Positions 25,501 to 37,299 of a stretch of DNA of 64,000 nt are shown piece by piece. Every line of letters starts with the position of its first letter. The first letter of the stretch is position 1. The position numbers were made by a program, and so were the translations under genes. The notes beneath the pieces are model-generated. The model made no database searches. It worked only from the letters and a program-made list of their open reading frames with translations, and had not been told where the DNA came from. The DNA lies in contig NC_058382.1 in NCBI RefSeq assembly GCF_018350175.1, positions 49,912,001-49,976,000 of the forward strand. The letters are read 5' to 3'. This stretch comes from Felis catus (lineage: Eukaryota).

Positions 25501-28500
25501 GTCTGAGCCCTGAGTAGGGCTCTGTGCTGACAGTGTGGAGCCTACTTGGGATTCTCTTTCTCTCTCTACCCCTCCCCTGCTCACACGTGCTCTCTCTTTT
25601 AAAATAAATATATAAAGACCAAAATGAACTTAATTGTATCTTTTGACTTGCTCTTTGAACATCATGAACATTTCCAAGTCAAGTTTTCATCAATATTAGT
25701 TTTAACAAAAATCTCTTGCTGGCCGTTTCCTTTTCTTTTTTAAAAATGACTACATGGGGTGCCTGGATGCCTTAGTTGGCTAAGTGTCCGACTCTTGATC
25801 TCAGCTCAGGTCTTGATCTCAGGGTTGAGTTCAAGCCCACGTTGGGGCTCTGTGTTGCGTGTGGATCTGGCTTAAAAAAAAAAAAAAGACTACACACAAA
25901 GCTAAATGTTTGAGCACTTTCTTAATTATCTCCTTAGGACAAATTCCTAGCAATGGAACCACTGAAACAAAATGCATGGATTTCTTTTAAAGTTTTTGTT
26001 TATTTATTTTGAAAGAGAAAACATGCATGTGTGAGTGGGGAAGGGCAGAGAGAGGGACAAAGAATCCCAAGAAGGCTCCATGCTGTCAGTGCAGAGCCCG
26101 ACATGGGGTCCAATCCCAAGAACCGTGAGATCATGACCTAAGCTGAAATCAAGCGTGGGATGTTCAACTGACTGAGTCACCCAGGCGCCCCCATATGGAT
26201 GCCCTTCAGGCTCTCTGGACATATTCTCAGACTGCTTCTGAGGAAGACTGTTCCACTTGAGCCCTCCCCTCCCTGCCCTCTCACCTCCCAGTCAGAGCTC
26301 TCCGCATGGCCTCCTGGCTGTACGGGCACCTCCCAATGACCACGGCTGACAGGTAGACAGGCTCTTCTAGAAGGTGCATCAGCAGTGCCCCCTGGCATCC
26401 GAGGACATTCCACCGTGCCAACTTGTCACTGCAGGACATGGAGCAGGTCCTGTCTCCCCGGCCTGGCTTCACCCGGAGCAGGCCCACCTGGTGATATGCT
26501 GCACCAGGCTTTCCCGAGTCTCCAGCTTCTCCAGGCACACATTTGGCTCCAGTTCTATAAACGTCCACCACTTTGGCACCACTGGGGGCCCTTCCGGCGA
26601 CAGTGGCCAGTTCCTGTGTGGGGACATTAGAGCTGGAGACAGTTGGTGGGACTGGACCACTTTCCTGATTGTCCAAACTCTGACAGTGAGCCACACCATC
26701 GGGAATCCCAGGTTCAAGCCTCATCTTTTTGGTCACAGGACTACCCAGGTCTTCATATTTCTTTTCATCTTCAGGAGTTTCTGGGTTACCACTGGCTTCT
26801 TCTGATGGCTTATTGGCCCAACGTATACTGACGGGACAGCAGGGCTGATCTTCAAACTCAAGCATTGGAATGATGGAGGCATCCCCACCTGCAGGAGAAG
26901 GAACCCCTTAAAAACCAGTGGTTCTCAGGGCGCCTGGGTGGCGCAGTCAGTTAAGCGTCCGACTTCAGCCAGGTCACGATCTCGCGGTCCGTGAGTTCGA
27001 GCCCCGCGTCGGGCTCTGGGCTGATGGCTCAGAGCCTGGAGCCTGTTTCCGATTCTGTGTCTCCCTCTCTCTCTGCCCCTCCCCCGTTCATGCTCTGTCT
27101 CTCTCTGTCCCCCAAAAAATAAATAAACGTTGAAAAAAAAAATTAAAAACAAAAAAAACCAAAAAAACCCAGTGGTTCTCAAAGTGAGGCCCCCAGACCA
27201 GCCACATCAACATCCCTTAGGAACTTGTGAGAGCTGTAGATTCTTGGGACCCACAGCGGACCTGCTGAATTGGAAACTCTGGAGGTGGTACCCAGCAATG
27301 TGTGTTTCAACAAGTTCTCCGGGTCATTTTGATGCAGGCTCAAGTTTAAGAACCACTGTCTTTTTCATTTTTATTTTTTTATTTTTTTAAAGAGAGAGAA
27401 CAGGGGAGATGGGCAGAGGGAGACAGAGAGAGAACCTTAAGCTGGCTCCACACTCAGCCCAGAGCCCGATGAGGGGTTCGATCCCATCACCCTGGAATCA
27501 TGACCTGAGCTGCAATCAAGAGTTGGAAGCTTAACCTAAGACTGAGCGACCCAGGAGCCCTACGAAGAACCATTGTCTTAAATGGAGTTTAATCCTATTT
27601 TCCAGCTGCGCTGAGATGTATTAGGAAGACTTGTCCAAACTTCCTGAGTAAGAATCCTCTGCGACTCTATCTTATCTAGACCAGAGTGAGTTAGAAACGC
27701 TGGGGTGGGAGGATCTGGAAAACTGAATACTTTAAACAAAGATCTCAAGTAATTCTCATCCCAGGAAGTTCTGAAAACACTAGTTTAGATCACGATTTGT
27801 CAACTTCCATACTACTGACATTTGGGCCAGACCATTCTTTGCTGTGGGGGCTCTCCTTTCCATTACATGTTTGGCAGCTCCTTGGTCTCCACCTACTACT
27901 AGCTACCAATAGCACCTCCCAGCCTGACCATCAAAAATGACTCCAGATGTTGCTAACTGTCCCCTGAGGAGCAAAGCCGTCCTGAGTTAAGAACCTTGGT
28001 TCACAACGAGCACAGTTTCCCCAGCACATTTTGTGGGATGTTATTCCATGAGATGGAAAACCAAAGTGGGAGGTTGATTTCATGGTTAAACACGTTTGGC
28101 AAAAATGTTTAGTTTCCCCATCTCGGAGATCTTTGTGTATGTCCTCACAGTAAAGACTCTGCAGTGAATTATATAGCTGGCATTTCCCTGCGGTCGGTTA
28201 GAGATTTCTCACCTAACTCTATGCTTAAACAGAATCAAAGAAAACCAGAGGTTAGTAAAAAGCACAGCTTCCCCGTGAAAAAGGAGCTACTTTTTCAAAC
28301 ACTAACCTAATGTGTGTTGCTTTTTTAAAGCATGTAAATAATACATTTGTAGTCTTTATAACCTCAGAGTGGGAAAGGCAAAAGAGGTAGATGTGGGCGT
28401 GTTGCCAGGAAGGCTGGCTGGCAGGCTTCCAGAGGTCTCACAAGGTGACAGTGACTTTGGAGAACTGACTGGGGCCCACCTCCCACTCAGAAAGCTCCAC

Positions 28501-31500
28501 AGGCTGACTCATGCTAATCAAACTCACAAGTAAGGGCCGGAAGTAGCTAACACAGGCACCAAATTATCAATTAGCAATGAGGAATAAATGCCAAGGGAGC
28601 CAGATGGTCAAATTCTCCAGGTAGTGTTCTTTCCTCCTGCAGACAAACCATGCATGGGTGGACATCACATTTTAAAAGATTACCCATGAGTCCAGGACAG
28701 TTAGAACAGTGGTTCTAGATTTTGATTTCACAGACCAGTAAAATTTCCAGTAGATTTTAAGATCAATAGATTACTTTGTATTCCATCAAGTAAGATCTTT
28801 AAAAATCCTAATTACTATGATTAAAAATAAAAGAAAAATCTTATAACCTTCACATGGAAAGGAATTAGCTTTTTTGAAAAACTCATTATAGTCCTGATTT
28901 TTCCCATCTGGCTATGGACCAGCCTGTGGACCACGGATTTATGTGGTCTGGATAGCCATGACCTGCAGATGCTTCTCTCTCCACAATAAGGCTACGCCTG
29001 CCATCGGGATCAGCCAAGCCCTGGCTACTCAAAGTGTGGTCCACAGGCCAACACCACTGGCATTGTGGGGACTTGGTTAAAAATGCAGAATCTCAGACTT
29101 CATCCCAGACCTAATGAATTTCAATCCACATTTTATTAAGACCTGCGGGTGGTTCATATGCATATTGTTGTTTGAGAAGCACTGAGTTAGGAAACATCCT
29201 TTGGTTCTTGGACATCCTTTGGTTCTTTGGCTTCTGCTGCTAATAACTAAGCATGGATAAGCCCTGCCTACCTCACTCTGCATGTCGTTTTTCTGGCCTT
29301 TGACTCAACCAATTATTTTCTGATACTCATTCTTTCTTAAGCTATATCACATTTTTGATTTGAATTATGACCAAATCTTGGCAGCTATGCTCTTTAGAAT
29401 GAGTGCCTGTATCTGATCAAAATGCATGTGTTAGTTTTAAAGTTTAATACTCAGAGAATAGTCTGCTCTTATTTCAAAGGATTTAGGGTAAGGAAATTTT
29501 ACTGCCATCCCTGAATTGCTATCTACAAAGGGTAGAAATTATTTTCAAGACAAAAAAAGAGTGGCCACCCCTAGGCTACGCCTGGTTTTCCTGCCTAATA
29601 CAACCACAGCACCTGAACATCCCCTTATAACTCATCAAAATTTAACTTAACTAATCATGACTGTCTACATTCCCTAAAAGACTCTATGAGGCTAAGCCAG
29701 GGGCTAATCTTATTCCCTGCTATACATCTAGTATATCATACTGTACTTGACAAGTAGCAGAAAATATCTGTTGCATGAATGAATGAATGAATAGAATGAG
29801 TTTCAGCATAAATCTCTATAGAACTCAAGGCTTTGGGCTTCTAAGCCCTATTGTTGGGTTCAGACCTCGAGGAGGTTTAAGCTTCACAATCCTGTTGGGA
29901 GCTGAGAACTGGGAGCTGAGCCTTTCCTTGGTAGAGAAGTGATTAGGCACAATGTCCTGTTCAGAAAAAGGCACTGTCCACTGGCTGTGGCTACACTTAA
30001 GCCAGAAGAGCTTTATTGGGAAATGCATCTATGGATAAGACAAACAAAAGGAAAAAGACAACGTAACATCAATCCAAAGGCTTGAATATACTTACAGGGT
30101 GTATGGCTGGAGAAAAACACAAACAAGATGCCTTGTCTGAGTTTCCACAGCCCTCTCTGAGTTCCAGGGACAAAAATGCTATTCTCCTTCAGGGCGGCCG
30201 CCAAGTGGAGCTGATGCAGAAGGTACCTAATGGGGTGCAAGATGTTATCAGAATGAACAACCGATCACTGAGATACAGGGAAAGACTGGCTGGGTGATTT
30301 TCTAAGAAAGAAAGAGCTACTGCAGCCCAATGGGACTGGCACTGGAATCTGGAATTACGAGAATGATCTAGACCAGTGATTCTCAAAGTGTGGCCCTTGT
30401 ACCAGCAGGATCAGCATCATCTGGAATCTGTTAGAAATGCAATCTGGACCTGCTGAGTCGGAATCTCTAGGGGTGGGCCCAGCGATCTGGGTTTTCACAA
30501 ACCTAGGTAATTCTGATGCACATCGGGCATGAGAACCACTGTGTAGACCAGTGCTATTCAAAGAGTAGTTCACAGACTGACATGGTCAGTATTACTGGAG
30601 AGCTTATTAGAAATGCACATTCTGGGACCCCCAAGGCAGGCTAAATCAGATTGTTTGGGGATGTGGCTTTACCTTTGGAAACTCCTCCTGGCTATGACCT
30701 CAGCATGGCTATCATTGAGGATGTCTCCTGTGGCAAAGACAGGACACTAGTGAAGACATATAGAACATGGAGAGGCCCTGTTTCCTAGAAGCAGAACACA
30801 GTGGTTTCCCCAGCAGCCAGGATGGCCACGTAGCTCCTGGAGGACTTTGTCAGAAAGTATTGCAACAATTAAAGGCAATACAGAGTTTCCTCAACTCAAT
30901 GCTACTGTACGTTTTAGGTTAAAAAATTCTTTGCTGGGGCAGTCTGTCCTGTGGATATGTAAGATGTTTAGCAGCATTCCTGGCCTCTACCAGAGGCAGG
31001 TAGCACAATATCCCCCTCCCCCTAGTTGTAACAACCGAAAATATCTCCAACCATTGCCAAATGTCCCCTGGGGGGCAAAATCTCCCCATAGCCAAGAACT
31101 ACTGATTTATAGGAAAATATCTGGAGGACAGGGGTCCAAGTCTTTTGTACTCTGGTATCACACTTCCTCTTATGGTGATATAACTTCAACAAATTCAATC
31201 CATAATGGTCCTGGAACCGGGAGGCAAGGCGGGGAAAATGAGGAAAGCAAACTTGAGAAGGAATCTGCTAACTGGAAGCAGAAGGTGAAGATGCCAGATC
31301 TCTAAGGGATTTCCATATTCTTGCTGGTGCCCAAATCTCCATTTGATTGCTTTTGGAGGCTTCAGATAAAATGTGGGGTGGCTAAGTCCGGGGGACTTCT
31401 GGTTTGAGCATGAACATATTGGCCAACTTTCAATCTACTCAGAAAGTATGTTCCTGGAGGCCTTTGCTTTCACAGTTTATTTCCATTCTTTAAATGAATT

Positions 31501-32368
31501 CTATGGGGTGCCTCGGTGGCTCAGCCAGTTAAGCAGCTGTCTCGTGATTTTGGCTTTGGTCATGACCTCACGGTTCGTGAGCCCTGCATCGGGCTCTGTG
31601 CGGACAGTGTGGAGCCTGCTTGGGATACTCTCTTTCTTTCTCTGCCCCTCCCCAACTCATGCGTACGATTTTTCTCTCTCTCAAAATAAACACACTTAAA
31701 AAAAAATGAGTTCTGTCCTTCCATCTGGAGTGACAGTCAGCGGGAACATTAAGGTTGGCCACCTCAGCCATACGGCCCCTTCGCTGAGAAGAGGAAAGGA
31801 CAACATGGACAGTGGTTTCCAGACCCCACCTGGGCTTACCGCTCTTCCTCATTTTGGACTGGCCTATGCATTTCGTCCCCGTTCCCATTGAGACAACTTC
31901 CTTTGTCACTGAGAGGAAAAGAATGAATCATTAAGTGAGCTCTCATAATGTGAATGGGCCCCCTCCTCAGGTTTCACATCTGCAGACTCCTCCAGAGCAT
32001 TCTTACAGGCTGACCCAACCGGGGGCTGTGGTTGTGGTTCTGGCATGGCCAACTCCCACCACCAGAAGGACTGCGGCACCTGGTGGAGAGCAGGGGGAAC
32101 ATTCCCACCACTGCATCTGCCCCCAGCCAGGGCACGGCCAGGAACAATTCTACCATCTTTGACAGGGAGAGGGAGCATTTGGAGGTGGAAAGGTCTCACC
32201 TTGCACCGGTTTGTTAGCACTGCCACAGGCCTGGTCGGTGGCAGGCTGTATCTTCACCACGGCTGCTAGCAACGTCCACTCACGGTTGGGCTCAGGCTTC
32301 CCCTGCTTGGGCAGCCTGGTCTGGTAGTGCTCGTAACATAGCCGCGCAATCTCATCAGCGGTCCACAT
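13286..32368 (-). CDS. ADAT1: tRNA-specific adenosine deaminase 1 (tRNA-Ala A37 to I37), spliced CDS of 9 exons, 497 aa
   Basis: Exons 32200-32368, 31840-31908, 30673-30727, 30096-30226, 26285-26888, 23450-23595, 21598-21697, 16009-16095 and 13286-13418 sum to 1494 nt with GT-AG introns and matching phases. The protein starts [15 protein letters not shown], carries the zinc-binding motifs HAE, PCGD and SCSDK, and ends [12 protein letters not shown]. Confidence 0.97.
13905..14493 (+). mobile_element. Solo ERV1-class LTR (MER34/MER39-like)
   Basis: Ends in gagtaaagtctctcctgacctcagtccagatttgttt...gaca, a typical LTR 3' end with CA terminus. Confidence 0.55.
14678..15575 (+). mobile_element. MER21/MER77-like LTR with an inserted SINE (14773-14982, TSD AGAAATGTCTTTGTT)
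   Basis: atcacacctgagtttatacttaacgaggtgactc...gggccctaga matches the MER21 family as recalled; the SINE TSD is directly visible. Confidence 0.7.
16009..16095 (-). CDS. ADAT1: ADAT1 coding exon 8
   Basis: [29 protein letters not shown]; aaacag| and |gtgact; 87 nt. Confidence 0.94.
19621..19956 (+). mobile_element. Complete Tigger2-derived MITE (TcMar)
   Basis: Terminal inverted repeats TA-CAGTTGACCCTTGAA ... TTCAAGGGTTAACTA-TA with TA flanks. Confidence 0.8.
20360..21575 (+). mobile_element. L1 (L1MB/MC-type) 3' fragment
   Basis: L1 ORF2 end and 3'UTR motifs (ggaaaacagtttggcagttcctc, atatgacccagcaattcca, ttttggggagatgaaaacgttctggaactaga). Confidence 0.85.
21598..21697 (-). CDS. ADAT1: ADAT1 coding exon 7
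   Basis: [34 protein letters not shown]; tcatag| and |gtacag; 100 nt. Confidence 0.93.
21880..21914. repeat. (CAT)n trinucleotide microsatellite
   Basis: Directly visible; this is the source of the spurious poly-His ORF. Confidence 0.9.
22010..22965 (-). mobile_element. Carnivore L1 3' fragment with an inserted SINE (about 22470-22664)
   Basis: Typical L1 3' antisense text (atcatatggtatttgtctttctctgacttatttcacttagcataata). Confidence 0.85.
23450..23595 (-). CDS. ADAT1: ADAT1 coding exon 6
   Basis: [48 protein letters not shown]; cattag| and |gtaagg; 146 nt. Confidence 0.95.
26285..26888 (-). CDS. ADAT1: ADAT1 coding exon 5 (largest, 604 nt)
   Basis: [14 protein letters not shown]...[10 protein letters not shown]...[34 protein letters not shown]...RRALTGR; ctgcag| and |gtgaga. 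Confidence 0.96.
26928..27168 (+). mobile_element. Young SINEC_Fc SINE with TSD CCAGTGGTTCTCA
   Basis: Near-consensus body; TSD at 26915-26927 and 27169-27181. Confidence 0.92.
27170..27358. mobile_element. MER5A-type hAT MITE
   Basis: Inverted ends CAGTGGTTCTCAAA ... TTTAAGAACCACTG. Similar elements lie at about 29015-29185 and 30370-30670; MER20-like pieces at about 27790-28000 and 30880-31110. Confidence 0.8.
30096..30226 (-). CDS. ADAT1: ADAT1 coding exon 4
   Basis: [44 protein letters not shown]; cattag| and |gtaagt; 131 nt. Confidence 0.95.
30673..30727 (-). CDS. ADAT1: ADAT1 coding exon 3 (HAE catalytic motif)
   Basis: [18 protein letters not shown]; ccacag| and |gtaaag; 55 nt. Too short for the ORF track. 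Confidence 0.95.
31840..31908 (-). CDS. ADAT1: ADAT1 coding exon 2
   Basis: [24 protein letters not shown]; ctctcag| and |gtaagc; 69 nt. Confidence 0.95.
32200..32368 (-). CDS. ADAT1: ADAT1 coding exon 1 (exon probably begins at 32388, giving 20 nt of 5'UTR)
   Basis: ATG at 32368: [41 protein letters not shown]...PVQ. Donor AG|GTGAGA; acceptor gattag|GC. Confidence 0.95.
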
Positions 32369-34019
32369 GATCTGAGTTAGCACTGAGCCTAATCAAGAAC
32401 CACAACCATCAGAAGTCAGAAAGGAGAACCAATGCGAGGTGCTACAACGTGCTTGGGTGCTTCAGGAGGCTTTCGGGGTGGCCCGCCCGCATTCATGCTG
32501 AGGTTTCTGTGCCTGGAACTCTATGGGTCACATTCTGCTACTTCCCTGTCCCCTTTGCATTTTTTTTTTAAGTTTCTTTATTGAGAGAGAGAGAGAGCAT
32601 GTGCACCAGGGTAGGAGGGGCAGACGGAGGAGAGAGAGAACCCCAGGCAGGCTCTGCACTGCCAGTGCAGAGCCCAACAGGGTGCTTGAACACAGCAAGT
32701 GTGAGCTCATAACCTGAGCCAAAGTCAAGAGTCGAGCACTTAACCAACTGAGCCTCCCAGGCGCCACTCCCCTTTTCATTTTTAAGGAAAGATCAAAGAA
32801 GTCCCAAATCCCATCAGCCCCAGAAGACACCCTCTTTCTTAAAGTTGTTTTTTGTTGTTGTTGTTGTTGGATATCTGACATGAATCTATGAGTCTGAACC
32901 TACTACTCAAAATAAAAGCACATGAAAGGGAAGTATTCCCCACTACTCCAACTTTCATTTGGAAAGTAAAGTATTTCATTTGCATGTAAACTATTGCAGA
33001 CCTTAGCCGGCTTTGGGCAGACTCTAATCATACAAGGTTTATCTTTCTGGGCAGATGCTCTTTTCCACCTTCTTTCTCAGACATTTTATTTTTCTTTTCT
33101 CTGCCTTCTCCCCACCTCCCAGCAGAATGACTCTACTCCCCTCTGGTAAGACTCCACTGATGCCATCAAGAAAACAACTCTTAAATTTCTCCTGTAATGT
33201 TTTATGAGACAGAGGGGAGAAGTGACAAAGCGCAGAGCTTTCTCACCAGTCAAGTGTTCTCTCTGCAGGAGTATGTGTTAGAGTGTGGACTTTCAAGTTA
33301 CCCTATCTGGGTTCCAATCCTCGCTTTGCTACCAATTGTGTGATACTGGGTAGATGACTTATCCTCTGTTTATCTGTTAAAATAGGGATAACAGTAGTAT
33401 TTGATCTATGGCTTATTCTGAGGATTAATATTTATAAAAACCAATTGCTGGGGCACCTGGGTGGCTCAGTTGGTGAAGCGTCAAACTTTGGCTCAGGTCA
33501 TGATCTTGTGGTTTGTGAGTTCGAGCCCCACGTCGGGCTCTGTGCTGACGGCTCAGAGCCTGGAGCCTGCTTTGGATTCTGTGTCTCCCTCTCTCTCTGC
33601 CTCACCCCGATTCATGCTCTGTCTGTCTCTCTCTCAATAATAAATAAATATTAAAAAAAAATCTTAAAAAAGCAATTGCTACAATATTAAGCATAACTAA
33701 TGTCAACTGTGATTAATATTCCAAAAAGGAACATTTCATGTTCCTAAATGATTTGTCCTAAGCTCCTTGGGGAGCAGAGGGACTGTAATAGCAATGTAAA
33801 GCTATGCATAAAAATCATTAAGCAGGTCAGATTTGAGAGACCACTTTGCTATAAAATATTCTTTTACTCTTGACTCCGTGCTCATTCAATGATCCCATTT
33901 AGACTCAAATGTATGAAAAGCCTCTTAGTAGAAAATGAGATCATATGGTGACGAATATAGTTAAGCATTAAAAAAAAAAGGCTTATTTGAGTTCCAATGC
34001 ATGCAACTTCTGAAAATTA

Positions 34020-34357
34020 TGAGCCCCCTGCATTGGGTCAAATTAATTAAACAAGGAGGCTACTAGACTGATGCAGCTTTAAAGCTGTGGTGGCCTGTGT
34101 TAGCAAACCATGGTCTAAGCCTGCTCACGCTTCTAGGTTACAAAAGCAAAATGCTAAAGAAAACCAATCACAAACAGCCTCCTAGGCTTTAAAATATGGC
34201 CAAACACTTTCCTTTCTTGCTGCATTTTATTACGTCTCTCTTCTGGTTCTGATCTGCAGAGTCCTCCTAACCATTTTTGGTTTGGTGCCAACTGGAACTG
34301 GTTTTTGCCCCAAAAAACTCTTAAAAAATTTTAATATGCTTATTTATCTATTAAATG
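34020..34357 (+). mobile_element. MER34-like LTR remnant in ADAT1 intron 1
   Basis: aaaccaatcacaaacagcc and the terminal aaactcttaaaaaattttaatatgc...tttatc resemble the MER34 family (from recall). Confidence 0.5.
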
Positions 34358-34979
34358 TGGAGGCCTGCTGCTGCAATAAAAAGCCATGGTAAATCAGACC
34401 ACAGTGATTTAAAACAATCATCTGGCAGGGACTGACATAAATTGTAACTTTTAAGTCAGAGATCCAGCATGTCACGTATGTCCCAAAGCAAAAGAAAAGC
34501 AAGGGAGATCCTAGAATACTTCAAGTGTAAGGGTTTTTTCCCCTCTCATTTCGGGGAGGTGGGAAGGGGGGGGGGGACGGGCATCACAAGGCATCAACCT
34601 GAAATTAAACCAGAGGCACATACCACCAACTATAATAGCCAGGGAAGACAGAACTTGCCAGAAGTAACATCAACTCCTTAAGATGAAGCAGCCCAGAACT
34701 GTAGCATCATCTCATTCGCGAGGTTGTATGGATGAGCGTGCACGGTAGTTGAAATGAATGTTTTGTTAAACTTGGTCCCCTAAAATTCAAATACATTCTC
34801 CTATATCTTGAGTAACTTCATAGGAAACAATAGCTCAGTTAAACAGGCATTTCTTTGCCCACAAGATCTCACATTACAACAGGTGCAAGGAGCGTTAAGA
34901 ATTCTCCTTTTCAAAGAAAAGTTAAAGCAAGTCGGCTGCCAGGGGAGAAAAGGTTTTCGCCTTAGGCCCCCCTCCTCAA

Positions 34980-35510
34980 TACTCTCGGCCGCGGCCCCAC
35001 CTCGGTCAGCTCTAGAATAGATTGGCACCCATTGTGCAAGTTACGGGAGAGGCTCTGGGCCTGAGAAGCAAAGCCCCGGCGCGCGCCTGCCTCCTCGGAT
35101 GCTGTGGACGCTGCCGTGAGGTCACACACCCCGCGCCCACCCGCAGCGGACACCGGCACTTCCGGGAAGCCAGCTGCCCTTTCCACGCGGGAGACACGAT
35201 CCTCACAACCGGTTCGGACAAATATGGGCTGGGGAAGTTAGACCGAGGGCAGCTCACCCAGCAGGGTTGGGGCCTCCCAGATTCGCGCGCCCTCTACCCT
35301 GCTACCTCTTCACCTCCCAGATGCTCCCCTCCCACCTCCAAGCTGCGCGCTCTGGGAAGGAGGGAGAACAGCGCGCCGTACCGGACGTGATGTCACAAAG
35401 AGGCCGGTCCTTTAGGTTCCGCCCCCAAAGGCGCGCAGTGCACGCTGGCCCTTGTAGTCCGACTGGGTTGGAGTTGGGGACCGTGGAAATGAGGTTAATA
35501 ATCCAGCGTG
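34980..35510 (-). promoter_or_regulatory. ADAT1: ADAT1 CpG-island promoter and probable non-coding first exon (donor near 35258)
   Basis: CpG-rich stretch about 3 kb upstream of the start exon. Minus-strand donor GG|GTGAGC at 35258/35257; ETS site CACTTCCGG about 35157; CRE-like TGATGTCA about 35388; GC box; ZNF143-like GGACTACAAGGGCCAG (minus, about 35445-35460). The TSS cannot be determined from sequence alone. Confidence 0.75.
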
Positions 35511-35825
35511 TTGCGGCGCCCGGGTGGTTTAGTCGGTTAAGCGTCCGACTTCGGATCAGATCATGATCTCAGGGTTCCAGGGTTTGAGCCCCGCTGACAG
35601 CCCAGAGTCTGGAGCCTGCTTCGGATTCTGCGTCTCCCTCTCTCTCTGTTCCTTCCCTGCCCTCACTCTGTCTCTCTCTCAAAAATAAAGATTTAAGAAA
35701 ACAATAATAATCCAGAATGTTGGAGCGTCGGTACCGGTGAAATGGCCTGATGAAAGCTGACTTTCTGGTTCGACTAGTAGGATGGCGTCCTATCATGGAC
35801 CACTAGTCTAAATTTCTGTCTAAAA

Positions 35826-36700
35826 TAGCGCTGTACAACAGAAATATAATTTGAGCCAAATATTGTAAAATTTTCCAATAGCTACATTAAAAAAAGTCAA
35901 AAGAAATAGGTGAAATTAATTGTAAGCACATATTTTATTTAGTATGTCCAAAGTATTATCGTTTCAGTGTGTAATCGATATTTTATTTTTTATAAATTCG
36001 CCTTTTTAAAATTTATTATTTTTTAAAATTTGCATCCAAATTAGTATATAGTGAAGCAACGATTTCAGTAGATTCCTTAATGCCCCTTACCCATTTAGCC
36101 CATCCCCCCTCCCACAACCCCTCCAGCAACCCTGTTTGTTCTCCATATTTATGAGTCTCTTTTGTCCCCCTCCCTGTTTTTATATTATTTTGTTTCCCTT
36201 CCCTTATGTTCATCTATTTTGTCTCTTAAAGTCCTCATTTGAGTGAAGTCATATGATTTTTGTCTTTCTCTAATTTCACTTAGCATAATACCCTCCAGTT
36301 CCATCCACATGGTTACAAATGGCAAGATTTCATTCTTTTTGATTGCTGAGTAATACTCCATTGTATATATACCACATCTTTATCCATTCACCCACCAATG
36401 GACATTTGGGGTCTTTCCATACTTTGGCTATTGTTGGTAGTGCTGTTATAAACATGGGGGGGTGCATGTGTCCTTTCGAAACAGCACACTTGTATCCCTT
36501 GGATAAATGCCAAGTAGTGCAATTGCTGGGTGCATGTAATCAATATTTTAAAAAGCTGAGGTATTTTACAGTGTTTTTTCATACTTAAGTTTAATAAATC
36601 TGGTATTTTATACTTACAATATATCTCAGTTTGAACCAGCCACATTTCAAATGCTCAATAGCCACATGTAGCTAGTGGCTGCTGTATTGGGTAGTGCAGG
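35826..36700. mobile_element. MER33-like hAT element split by a 5'-truncated felid L1 (35986-36534, minus)
   Basis: The L1 3'UTR is flanked by TSD TGTAATC(G/A)ATATTTTA at 35970-35985 and 36535-36550. The MER33-like end is agccacatgtagctagtggctgctgtattgg. Confidence 0.8.
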
Positions 36701-37299
36701 TCTAAAATCTTCAGATTGCCAGGAATAGGTAGTATAACTTGTCTGGATCATTCAGGAACCTGTACCATCCAACAATTGTATACCTCATTTCCTAAAGATG
36801 AGAAAATTCACTTTTCTTCTTGTTACATCTCAGAAGTTACAAATTAGAGTGCAGCTTACTTGACCCTGTCCTTCTTTCTAGTTCCGAAGAAAAGGGCCAC
36901 AAGACTCCTTCAAGGCTAAGGACTCTGCTCCTCTTTCCTGTCTCTCCAGCATCTTTAATCCGCAACTCTCCCTCTTCTGTCTTTAAAGAAGCACTGATGG
37001 CGGGGGGGTGGGGGGTGGGTATCATCAATCTCAGGGATCAGTACCACCAACAATCTAGTTGTATAAATGGAAAAGTGAGTCACCCTCCTTGTCATTTTCT
37101 TTCCCATAACCCCCACAATATAATCCACTGCAAAATCCTGTTGATTTTACTCTGTCTCTTGGATCCATTAACTTCTGTCCACTTCCATGGCAACAGCCCA
37201 GGATGTCTCCCTCTTGGATTGCTATGCTAACCTCTATACTTTCACCTTTCCTTGCCCAACTCCAATTCTCTTTCACAGAGTAGCCAGACTGAGGTTTTA

